Shown piece by piece: positions 13,301 through 26,200 of a stretch of DNA of 64,000 nucleotides (positions are counted from its first letter, which is position 1; each line of letters opens with the position of its first letter). Position numbers and translations under genes: made by a program. The notes beneath the pieces are model-generated. The model was not told the origin of the DNA. It worked only from the letters and a program-made list of their open reading frames with translations, and searched no databases. Source of the DNA: Auanema rhodensis (taxonomy: Eukaryota; Animalia; Nematoda); NCBI GenBank assembly GCA_964057225.1, contig CAXKVF010000075.1, positions 62,001 to 126,000 of the forward strand. Reading direction: 5' to 3'.

Positions 13301-16300
13301 GGAATCTAATTTTGAAAACCGCATCTCTTCATCTTTCAAGTGAAGCGAGTTACATACCAAGTGCACATCACGTGTACATTTAATTAGCATAAATTAAAGT
13401 TCACGTAATTTTCAAAGTCATGGTTACCATGCACCAATATCAATAAAAATTTGTTTTTAAACTAATATGGACATGGGGAATCTAATTTTGAAAACCGCAT
13501 CTCTTTATCTTTCACGTGAAGCGAGTTACATACCAAGTGCACATCACGTGTACATTTAATTAGCATAAATTAAAGTTCACGTAAATTTCAAAGTCATGGT
13601 TACCATGCACCAATATCAATAAAAATTTGTTTTTAGACTAATATGGACATGGGGAATCTAATTTTGAAAACCGCATCTCTTTATCTTTCACGTGAAGCGA
13701 GTTACATACCAAGTGCACATCACGTGTACATTTAATTAGCATAAATTAAAGTTCACGTAAATTTCAAAGTCATGGTTACCATAAACCAATATCAATAAAA
13801 ATTTGTTTTTAGACTAATATGGACATGGGGAATCTAATTTTGAAAACCGCATCTCTTTATCTTTCACGTGAAGCGAGTTACATACCAAGTGCACATCACG
13901 TGTACATTTAATTAGCATAAATTAAAGTTCACGTAAATTTCAAAGTCATGGTTACCATGAACCAATATCAATAAAAATTTGTTTTTAGACTAATATGGAC
14001 ATGGGGAATCTAATTTTGAAAACCGCATCTCTTTATCTTTCACGTGAAGCGAGTTACATACCAAGTGCACATCACGTGTACATTTAATTAGCATAAATTA
14101 AAGTTCACGTAAATTTCAAAGTCATGGTTACCATGCACCAATATCAATAAAAATTTGTTTTTAGACTAATATGGACATGGGGAATCTAATTTTGAAAACC
14201 GCATCTCGTTATCTTTCACGTGAAGCGAGTTACATACCAAGTGCACATCACGTGTACATTTAATTAGCATAAATTAAAGTTCACGTAAATTTCAAAGTCA
14301 TGGTTACCATGCACCAATATCAATAAAAATTTGTTTTTAGACTAATATGGACATGGGGAATCTAATTTTGAAAACCGCATCTCTTTATCTTTCACGTGAA
14401 GCGAGTTACATACCAAGTGCACATCACGTGTACATTTAATTAGCATAAATTAAAGTTCACGTAAATTTCAAAGTCATGGTTACCATGCACCAATATCAAT
14501 AAAAATTTGTTTTTAGACTAATATGGACATGGGGAATCTAATTTTGAAAACCGCATCTCGTTATCTTTCACGTGAAGCGAGTTACATACCAAGTGCACAT
14601 CACGTGTACATTTAATTAGCATAAATTAAAGTTCACGTAAATTTCAAAGTCATGGTTACCATGCACCAATATCAATAAAAATTTGTTTTTAGACTAATAT
14701 GGACATGGGGAATCTAATTTTGAAAACCGCATCTCTTTATCTTTCACGTGAAGCGAGTTACATACCAAGTGCACATCACGTGTACATTTAATTAGCATAA
14801 ATTAAAGTTCACGTAAATTTCAAAGTCATGGTTACCATGCACCAATATCAATAAAAATTTGTTTTTAGACTAATATGGACATGGGGAATCTAATTTTGAA
14901 AACCGCATCTCTTTATCTTTCACGTGAAGCGAGTTACATACCAAGTGCACATCACGTGTACATTTAATTAGCATAAATTAAAGTTCACGTAAATTTCAAA
15001 GTCATGGTTACCATGCACCAATATCAATAAAAATTTGTTTTTAGACTAATATGGACATGGGGAATCTAATTTTGAAAACCGCATCTCTTTATCTTTCACG
15101 TGAAGCGAGTTACATACCGAGTGCACATCACGTGTACATTTAATTAGCATAAATTAAAGTTCACGTAAATTTCAAAATCATGGTTACCATGCACCAATAT
15201 CAATAAAAATTTGTTTTTAGACTAATATGGACATGGGGAATCTAATTTTGAAAACCGCATCTCTTTATCTTTCACGTGAAGCGAGTTACATACCAAGTGC
15301 ACATCACGTGTACATTTAATTAGCATAAATTAAAGTTCACGTAAATTTCAAAGTCATGGTTACCATGCACCAATATCAATAAAAATTTGTTTTTAGACTA
15401 ATATGGACATGGGGAATCTAATTTTGAAAACCGCATCTCGTTATCTTTCACGTGAAGCGAGTTACATACCAAGTGCACATCACGTGTACATTTAATTAGC
15501 ATAAATTAAAGTTCACGTAAATTTCAAAGTCATGGTTACCATGCACCAATATCAATAAAAATTTGTTTTTAGACTAATATGGACATGGGGAATCTAATTT
15601 TGAAAACCGCATCTCTTTATCTTTCACGTGAAGCGAGTTACATACCAAGTGCACATCACGTGTACATTTAATTAGCATAAATTAAAGTTCACGTAAATTT
15701 CAAAGTCATGGTTACCATGCACCAATATCAATAAAAATTTGTTTTTAGACTAATATGGACATGGGGAATCTAATTTTGAAAACCGCATCTCTTTATCTTT
15801 CACGTGAAGCGAGTTACATACCAAGTGCACATCACGTGTACATTTAATTAGCATAAATTAAAGTTCACGTAAATTTCAAAGTCATGGTTACCATGCACCA
15901 ATATCAATAAAAATTTGTTTTTAGACTAATATGGACATGGGGAATCTAATTTTGAAAACCGCATCTCTTTATCTTTCACGTGAAGCGAGTTACATACCAA
16001 GTGCACATCACGTGTACATTTAATTAGCATAAATTAAAGTTCACGTAAATTTCAAAGTCATGGTTACCATGCACCAATATCAATAAAAATTTGTTTTTAA
16101 ACTAATATGGACATGGGGAATCTAATTTTGAAAACCGCATCTCTTTATCTTTCACGTGAAGCGAGTTACATACCAAGTGCACATCACGTGTACATTTAAT
16201 TAGCATAAATTAAAGTTCACGTAAATTTCAAAGTCATGGTTACCATGCACCAATGTCAATAAAAATTTGTTTTTAGACTAATATGGACATGGGGAATCTA

Positions 16301-19300
16301 ATTTTGAAAACCGCATCTCTTTATCTTTCACGTGAAGCGAGTTACATACCAAGTGCACATCACGTGTACATTTAATTAGCATAAATTAAAGTTCACGTAA
16401 ATTTCAAAGTCATGGTTACCATAAACCAATATCAATAAAAATTTGTTTTTAGACTAATATGGACATGGGGAATCTAATTTTGAAAACCGCATCTCTTTAT
16501 CTTTCACGTGAAGCGAGTTACATACCAAGTGCACATCACGTGTACATTTAATTAGCATAAATTAAAGTTCACGTAAATTTCAAAGTCATGGTTACCATGA
16601 ACCAATATCAATAAAAATTTGTTTTTAGACTAATATGGACATGGGGAATCTAATTTTGAAAACCGCATCTCTTTATCTTTCACGTGAAGCGAGTTACATA
16701 CCAAGTGCACATCACGTGTACATTTAATTAGCATAAATTAAAGTTCACGTAAATTTCAAAGTCATGGTTACCATGCACCAATATCAATAAAAATTTGTTT
16801 TTAGACTAATATGGACATGGGGAATCTAATTTTGAAAACCGCATCTCTTTATCTTTCACGTGAAGCGAGTTACATACCAAGTGCACATCACGTGTACATT
16901 TAATTAGCATAAATTAAAGTTCACGTAAATTTCAAAGTCATGGTTACCATGCACCAATGTCAATAAAAATTTGTTTTTAGACTAATATGGACATGGGGAA
17001 TCTAATTTTGAAAACCGCATCTCTTCATCTTTCACGTGAAGCGAGTTACATACCAAGTGCACATCACGTGTACATTTAATTAGCATAAATTAAAGTTCAC
17101 GTAAATTTCAAAGTCATGGTTACCATGCACCAATATCAATAAAAATTTGTTTTTAGACTAATATGGACATGGGGAATCTAATTTTGAAAACCGCATCTCT
17201 TCATCTTTCACGTGAAGCGAGTTACATACCAAGTGCACATCACGTGTACATTTAATTAGCATAAATTAAAGTTCACGTAAATTTCAAAGTCATGGTTACC
17301 ATGCACCAATATCAATAAAAATTTGTTTTTAGACTAATATGGACATGGGGAATCTAATTTTGAAAACCGCATCTCTTCATCTTTTACGTGAAGCGAGTTA
17401 CATACCAAGTGCACATCACGTGTACATTTAATTAGCATAAATTAAAGTTCACGTAAATTTCAAAGTCATGGTTACCATGCACCAATATCAATAAAAATTT
17501 GTTTTTAGACTAATATGGACATGGGGAATCTAATTTTGAAAACCGCATCTCTTTATCTTTCACGTGAAGCGAGTTACATACCAAGTGCACATCACGTGTA
17601 CATTTAATTAGCATAAATTAAAGTTCACGTAAATTTCAAAGTCATGGTTACCATGCACCAATGTCAATAAAAATTTGTTTTTAGACTAATATGGACATGG
17701 GGAATCTAATTTTGAAAACCGCATCTCTTCATCTTTCACGTGAAGCGAGTTACATACCAAGTGCACATCACGTGTACATTTAATTAGCATAAATTAAAGT
17801 TCACGTAAATTTCAAAGTCATGGTTACCATTCACCAATATCAATAAAAATTTGTTTTTAGACTAATATGGACATGGGGAATCTAATTTTGAAAACCGCAT
17901 CTCGTTATCTTTCACGTGAAGCGAGTTACATACCAAGTGCACATCACGTGTACATTTAATTAGCATAAATTAAAGTTCACGTAAATTTCAAAGTCATGGT
18001 TACCATGCACCAATATCAATAAAAATTTGTTTTTAGACTAATATGGACATGGGGAATCTAATTTTGAAAACCGCATCTCTTTATCTTTCACGTGAAGCGA
18101 GTTACATACCAAGTGCACATCACGTGTACATTTAATTAGCATAAATTAAAGTTCACGTAAATTTCAAAGTCATGGTTACCATGCACCAATATCAATAAAA
18201 ATTTGTTTTTAGACTAATATGGACATGGGGAATCTAATTTTGAAAACCGCATCTCTTCATCTTTTACGTGAAGCGAGTTACATACCAAGTGCACATCACG
18301 TGTACATTTAATTAGCATAAATTAAAGTTCACGTAAATTTCAAAGTCATGGTTACCATGCACCAATATCAATAAAAATTTGTTTTTAGACTAATATGGAC
18401 ATGGGGAATCTAATTTTGAAAACCGCATCTCTTTATCTTTCACGTGAAGCGAGTTACATACCAAGTGCACATCACGTGTACATTTAATTAGCATAAATTA
18501 AAGTTCACGTAAATTTCAAAGTCATGGTTACCATGCACCAATATCAATAAAAATTTGTTTTTAGACTAATATGGACATGGGGAATCTAATTTTGAAAACC
18601 GCATCTCTTTATCTTTCACGTGAAGCGAGTTACATACCAAGTGCACATCACGTGTACATTTAATTAGCATAAATTAAAGTTCACGTAAATTTCAAAGTCA
18701 TGGTTACCATAAACCAATATCAATAAAAATTTGTTTTTAGACTAATATGGACATGGGGAATCTAATTTTGAAAACCGCATCTCTTTATCTTTCACGTGAA
18801 GCGAGTTACATACCAAGTGCACATCACGTGTACATTTAATTAGCATAAATTAAAGTTCACGTAAATTTCAAAGTCATGGTTACCATGAACCAATATCAAT
18901 AAAAATTTGTTTTTAGACTAATATGGACATGGGGAATCTAATTTTGAAAACCGCATCTCTTTATCTTTCACGTGAAGCGAGTTACATACCAAGTGCACAT
19001 CACGTGTACATTTAATTAGCATAAATTAAAGTTCACGTAAATTTCAAAGTCATGGTTACCATGCACCAATATCAATAAAAATTTGTTTTTAGACTAATAT
19101 GGACATGGGGAATCTAATGTTGAAAACCGCATCTCTTTATCTTTCACGTGAAGCGAGTTACATACCAAGTGCACATCACGTGTACATTTAATTAGCATAA
19201 ATTAAAGTTCACGTAAATTTCAAAGTCATGGTTACCATGAACCAATATCAATAAAAATTTGTTTTTAGACTAATATGGACATGGGGAATCTAATTTTGAA

Positions 19301-20062
19301 AACCGCATCTCGTTATCTTTCACGTGAAGCGAGTTACATACCAAGTGCACATCACGTGTACATTTAATTAGCATAAATTAAAGTTCACGTAAATTTCAAA
19401 GTCATGGTTACCATGCACCAATATCAATAAAAATTTGTTTTTAGACTAATATGGACATGGGGAATCTAATTTTGAAAACCGCATCTCTTTATCTTTCACG
19501 TGAAGCGAGTTACATACCAAGTGCACATCACGTGTACATTTAATTAGCATAAATTAAAGTTCACGTAAATTTCAAAGTCATGGTTACCATGCACCAATAT
19601 CAATAAAAATTTGTTTTTAGACTAATATGGACATGGGGAATCTAATTTTGAAAACCGCATCTCTTCATCTTTCACGTGAAGCGAGTTACATACCAAGTGC
19701 ACATCACGTGTACATTTAATTAGCATAAATTAAAGTTCACGTAAATTTCAAAGTCATGGTTACCATGCACCAATATCAATAAAAATTTGTTTTTAAACTA
19801 ATATGGACATGGGGAATCTAATTTTGAAAACCGCATCTCTTTATCTTTCACGTGAAGCGAGTTACATACCAAGTGCACATCACGTGTACATTTAATTAGC
19901 ATAAATTAAAGTTCACGTAAATTTCAAAGTCATGGTTACCATGCACCAATATCAATAAAAATTTGTTTTTAGACTAATATGGACATGGGGAATCTAATTT
20001 TGAAAACCGCATCTCTTTATCTTTCACGTGAAGCGAGTTACATACCAAGTGCACATCACGTG

Positions 20063-20233
20063 TACATTTAATTAGCATAAATTAAAGTTCACGTAAATTT
20101 CAAAGACATGGGGAATCAATTAGCATAAATTAAAGTTCACGTAAATTTCAAGGACATGGGGAATCTAATTTTGAAAACCGCATCTCGTTATCTTTCACGT
20201 GAAGCGAGTTACATACCAAGTGCACATCACGTG
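20063..20233 (+). repeat. Rearranged 171-bp monomer: structure [1-43][97-108][8-41][95-176]
   Basis: The sequence reads ...AAATTTCAAAG|ACATGGGGAATC|AATTAGCATAAATTAAAGTTCACGTAAATTTCAA|GGACATGGGGAATCTAATTTTG... The next monomer starts at 20234, giving a length of 171. Confidence 0.93.
20070..20165 (+). repeat. 48-bp tandem duplication (20070-20117 and 20118-20165, one mismatch) inside the rearranged monomer
   Basis: AATTAGCATAAATTAAAGTTCACGTAAATTTCAA(A/G)GACATGGGGAATC occurs twice in direct succession. Confidence 0.92.
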
Positions 20234-23200
20234 TACATTTAATTAGCATAAATTAAAGTTCACGTAAATTTCAAAGTCATGGTTACCATGCACCAATATC
20301 AATAAAAATTTGTTTTTAGACTAATATGGACATGGGGAATCTAATTTTGAAAACCGCATCTCTTTATCTTTCACGTGAAGCGAGTTACATACCAAGTGCA
20401 CATCACGTGTACATTTAATTAGCATAAATTAAAGTTCACGTAAATTTCAAAGTCATGGTTACCATGCACCAATATCAATAAAAATTTGTTTTTAGACTAA
20501 TATGGACATGGGGAATCTAATTTTGAAAACCGCATCTCTTCATCTTTCACGTGAAGCGAGTTACATACCAAGTGCACATCACGTGTACATTTAATTAGCA
20601 TAAATTAAAGTTCACGTAAATTTCAAAGTCATGGTTACCATGCACCAATATCAATAAAAATTTGTTTTTAAACTAATATGGACATGGGGAATCTAATTTT
20701 GAAAACCGCATCTCTTTATCTTTCACGTGAAGCGAGTTACATACCAAGTGCACATCACGTGTACATTTAATTAGCATAAATTAAAGTTCACGTAAATTTC
20801 AAAGTCATGATTACCATGCACCAATATCAATAAAAATTTGTTTTTAGACTAATATGGACATGGGGAATCTAATTTTGAAAACCGCATCTCTTTATCTTTC
20901 ACGTGAAGCGAGTTACATACCAAGTGCACATCACGTGTACATTTAATTAGCATAAATTAAAGTTCACGTAAATTTCAAAGTCATGGTTACCATAAACCAA
21001 TATCAATAAAAATTTGTTTTTAGACTAATATGGACATGGGGAATCTAATTTTGAAAACCGCATCTCTTTATCTTTCACGTGAAGCGAGTTACATACCAAG
21101 TGCACATCACGTGTACATTTAATTAGCATAAATTAAAGTTCACGTAAATTTCAAAGTCATGGTTACCATGAACCAATATCAATAAAAATTTGTTTTTAGA
21201 CTAATATGGACATGGGGAATCTAATTTTGAAAACCGCATCTCTTCATCTTTCACGTGAAGCGAGTTACATACCAAGTGCACATCACGTGTACATTTAATT
21301 AGCATAAATTAAAGTTCACGTAAATTTCAAAGTCATGGTTACCATGCACCAATATCAATAAAAATTTGTTTTTAGACTAATATGGACATGGGGAATCTAA
21401 TTTTGAAAACCGCATCTCTTTATCTTTCACGTGAAGCGAGTTACATACCAAGTGCACATCACGTGTACATTTAATTAGCATAAATTAAAGTTCACGTAAC
21501 TTTCAAAGTCATGGTTACCATGCACCAATATCAATAAAAATTTGTTTTTAGACTAATATGGACATGGGGAATCTAATTTTGAAAACCGCATCTCTTTATC
21601 TTTCACGTGAAGCGAGTTACATACCAAGTGCACATCACGTGTACATTTAATTAGCATAAATTAAAGTTCACGTAAATTTCAAAGTCATGGTTACCATGCA
21701 CCAATATCAATAAAAATTTGTTTTTAGACTAATATGGACATGGGGAATCTAATTTTGAAAACCGCATCTCTTTATCTTTCACGTGAAGCGAGTTACATAC
21801 CAAGTGCACATCACGTGTACATTTAATTAGCATAAATTAAAGTTCACGTAAATTTCAAAGTCATGGTTACCATGAACCAATATCAATAAAAATTTGTTTT
21901 CAGACTAATATGGACATGGGGAATCTAATTTTGAAAAGCGCATCTCTTTATCTTTCACGTGAAGCGAGTTACATACCAAGTGCACATCACGTGTACATTT
22001 AATTAGCATAAATTAAAGTTCACGTAAATTTCAAAGTCATGGTTACCATGAACCAATATCAATAAAAATTTGTTTTTAGACTAATATGGACATGGGGAAT
22101 CTAATTTTGAAAACCGCATCTCTTTATCTTTCACGTGAAGCGAGTTACATACCAAGTGCCCATCACGTGTACATTTAATTAGCATAAATTAAAGTTCACG
22201 TAAATTTCAAAGTCATGGTTACCATGCACCAATGTCAATAAAAATTTGTTTTTAGACTAATATGGACATGGGGAATCTAATTTTGAAAACCGCATCTCTT
22301 CATCTTTCACGTGAAGCGAGTTACATACCAAGTGCACATCACGTGTACATTTAATTAGCATAAATTAAAGTTCACGTAAATTTCAAAGTCATGGTTACCA
22401 TGCACCAATATCAATAAAAATTTGTTTTTAGACTAATATGGACATGGGGAATCTAATTTTGAAAACCGCATCTCTTCATCTTTCACGTGAAGCGAGTTAC
22501 ATACCAAGTGCACATCACGTGTACATTTAATTAGCATAAATTAAAGTTCACGTAAATTTCAAAGTCATGGTTACCATGCACCAATATCAATAAGAATTTG
22601 TTTTTAGACTAATATGGACATGGGGAATCTAATTTTGAAAACCGCATCTCTTTATCTTTCACGTGAAGCGAGTTACATACCAAGTGCACATCACGTGTAC
22701 ATTTAATTAGCATAAATTAAAGTTCACGTAAATTTCAAAGTCATGGTTACCATGCACCAATATCAATAAAAATTTGTTTTTAGACTAATATGGACATGGG
22801 GAATCTAATTTTGAAAACCGCATCTCTTCATCTTTCACGTGAAGCGAGTTACATACCAAGTGCACATCACGTGTACATTTAATTAGCATAAATTAAAGTT
22901 CACGTAAATTTCAAAGTCATGGTTACCATGCACCAATGTCAATAAAAATTTGTTTTTAGACTAATATGGACATGGGGAATCTAATTTTGAAAACCGCATC
23001 TCCTTATCTTTCACGTGAAGCGAGTTACATACCAAGTGCACATCACGTGTACATTTAATTAGCATAAATTAAAGTTCACGTAAATTTCAAAGTCATGGTT
23101 ACCATGCACCAATATCAATAAAAATTTGTTTTTAGACTAATATGGACATGGGGAATCTAATTTTGAAAACCGCATCTCTTCATCTTTTACGTGAAGCGAG

Positions 23201-26200
23201 TTACATACCAAGTGCACATCACGTGTACATTTAATTAGCATAAATTAAAGTTCACGTAAATTTCAAAGTCATGGTTACCATGCACCAATGTCAATAAAAA
23301 TTTGTTTTTAGACTAATATGGACATGGGGAATCTAATTTTGAAAACCGCATCTCCTTATCTTTCACGTGAAGCGAGTTACATACCAAGTGCACATCACGT
23401 GTACATTTAATTAGCATAAATTAAAGTTCACGTAAATTTCAAAGTCATGGTTACCATGCACCAATATCAATAAAAATTTGTTTTTAGACTAATATGGACA
23501 TGGGGAATCTAATTTTGAAAACCGCATCTCTTCATCTTTTACGTGAAGCGAGTTACATACCAAGTGCACATCACGTGTACATTTAATTAGCATAAATTAA
23601 AGTTCACGTAAATTTCAAAGTCATGGTTACCATGCACCAATATCAATAAAAATTTGTTTTTAGACTAATATGGACATGGGGAATCTAATTTTGAAAACCG
23701 CATCTCTTTATCTTTCACGTGAAGCGAGTTACATACCAAGTGCACATCACGTGTACATTTAATTAGCATAAATTAAAGTTCACGTAAATTTCAAAGTCAT
23801 GGTTACCATGCACCAATGTCAATAAAAATTTGTTTTTAGACTAATATGGACATGGGGAATCTAATTTTGAAAACCGCATCTCTTCATCTTTCACGTGAAG
23901 CGAGTTACATACCAAGTGCACATCACGTGTACATTTAATTAGCATAAATTAAAGTTCACGTAAATTTCAAAGTCATGGTTACCATTCACCAATATCAATA
24001 AAAATTTGTTTTTAGACTAATATGGACATGGGGAATCTAATTTTGAAAACCGCATCTCGTTATCTTTCACGTGAAGCGAGTTACATACCAAGTGCACATC
24101 ACGTGTACATTTAATTAGCATAAATTAAAGTTCACGTAAATTTCAAAGTCATGGTTACCATGCACCAATATCAATAAAAATTTGTTTTTAGACTAATATG
24201 GACATGGGGAATCTAATTTTGAAAACCGCATCTCTTTATCTTTCACGTGAAGCGAGTTACATGCCAAGTGCACATCACGTGTACATTTAATTAGCATAAA
24301 TTAAAGTTCACGTAAATTTCAAAGTCATGGTTACCATGCACCAATATCAATAAAAATTTGTTTTTAGACTAATATGGACATGGGGAATCTAATTTTGAAA
24401 ACCGCATCTCTTCATCTTTTACGTGAAGCGAGTTACATACCAAGTGCACATCACGTGTACATTTAATTAGCATAAATTAAAGTTCACGTAAATTTCAAAG
24501 TCATGGTTACCATGCACCAATATCAATAAAAATTTGTTTTTAGACTAATATGGACATGGGGAATCTAATTTTGAAAACCGCATCTCTTTATCTTTCACGT
24601 GAAGCGAGTTACATACCAAGTGCACATCACGTGTACATTTAATTAGCATAAATTAAAGTTCACGTAAATTTCAAAGTCATGGTTACCATGCACCAATATC
24701 AATAAAAATTTGTTTTTAGACTAATATGGACATGGGGAATCTAATTTTGAAAACCGCATCTCTTTATCTTTCACGTGAAGCGAGTTACATACCAAGTGCA
24801 CATCACGTGTACATTTAATTAGCATAAATTAAAGTTCACGTAAATTTCAAAGTCATGGTTACCATAAACCAATATCAATAAAAATTTGTTTTTAGACTAA
24901 TATGGACATGGGGAATCTAATTTTGAAAACCGCATCTCTTTATCTTTCACGTGAAGCGAGTTACATACCAAGTGCACATCACGTGTACATTTAATTAGCA
25001 TAAATTAAAGTTCACGTAAATTTCAAAGTCATGGTTACCATGAACCAATATCAATAAAAATTTGTTTTTAGACTAATATGGACATGGGGAATCTAATTTT
25101 GAAAACCGCATCTCTTTATCTTTCACGTGAAGCGAGTTACATACCAAGTGCACATCACGTGTACATTTAATTAGCATAAATTAAAGTTCACGTAAATTTC
25201 AAAGTCATGGTTACCATGCACCAATATCAATAAAAATTTGTTTTTAGACTAATATGGACATGGGGAATCTAATGTTGAAAACCGCATCTCTTTATCTTTC
25301 ACGTGAAGCGAGTTACATACCAAGTGCACATCACGTGTACATTTAATTAGCATAAATTAAAGTTCACGTAAATTTCAAAGTCATGGTTACCATGAACCAA
25401 TATCAATAAAAATTTGTTTTTAGACTATTATGGACATGGGGAATCTAATTTTGAAAACCGCATCTCGTTATCTTTCACGTGAAGCGAGTTACATACCAAG
25501 TGCACATCACGTGTACATTTAATTAGCATAAATTAAAGTTCACGTAAATTTCAAAGTCATGGTTACCATGCACCAATATCAATAAAAATTTGTTTTTAGA
25601 CTAATATGGACATGGGGAATCTAATTTTGAAAACCGCATCTCTTTATCTTTCACGTGAAGCGAGTTACATACCAAGTGCACATCACGTGTACATTTAATT
25701 AGCATAAATTAAAGTTCACGTAAATTTCAAAGTCATGGTTACCATGCACCAATATCAATAAAAATTTGTTTTTAGACTAATATGGACATGGGGAATCTAA
25801 TTTTGAAAACCGCATCTCTTCATCTTTCACGTGAAGCGAGTTACATACCAAGTGCACATCACGTGTACATTTAATTAGCATAAATTAAAGTTCACGTAAA
25901 TTTCAAAGTCATGGTTACCATGCACCAATATCAATAAAAATTTGTTTTTAAACTAATATGGACATGGGGAATCTAATTTTGAAAACCGCATCTCTTTATC
26001 TTTCACGTGAAGCGAGTTACATACCAAGTGCACATCACGTGTACATTTAATTAGCATAAATTAAAGTTCACGTAAATTTCAAAGTCATGGTTACCATGCA
26101 CCAATATCAATAAAAATTTGTTTTTAGACTAATATGGACATGGGGAATCTAATTTTGAAAACCGCATCTCTTTATCTTTCACGTGAAGCGAGTTACATAC

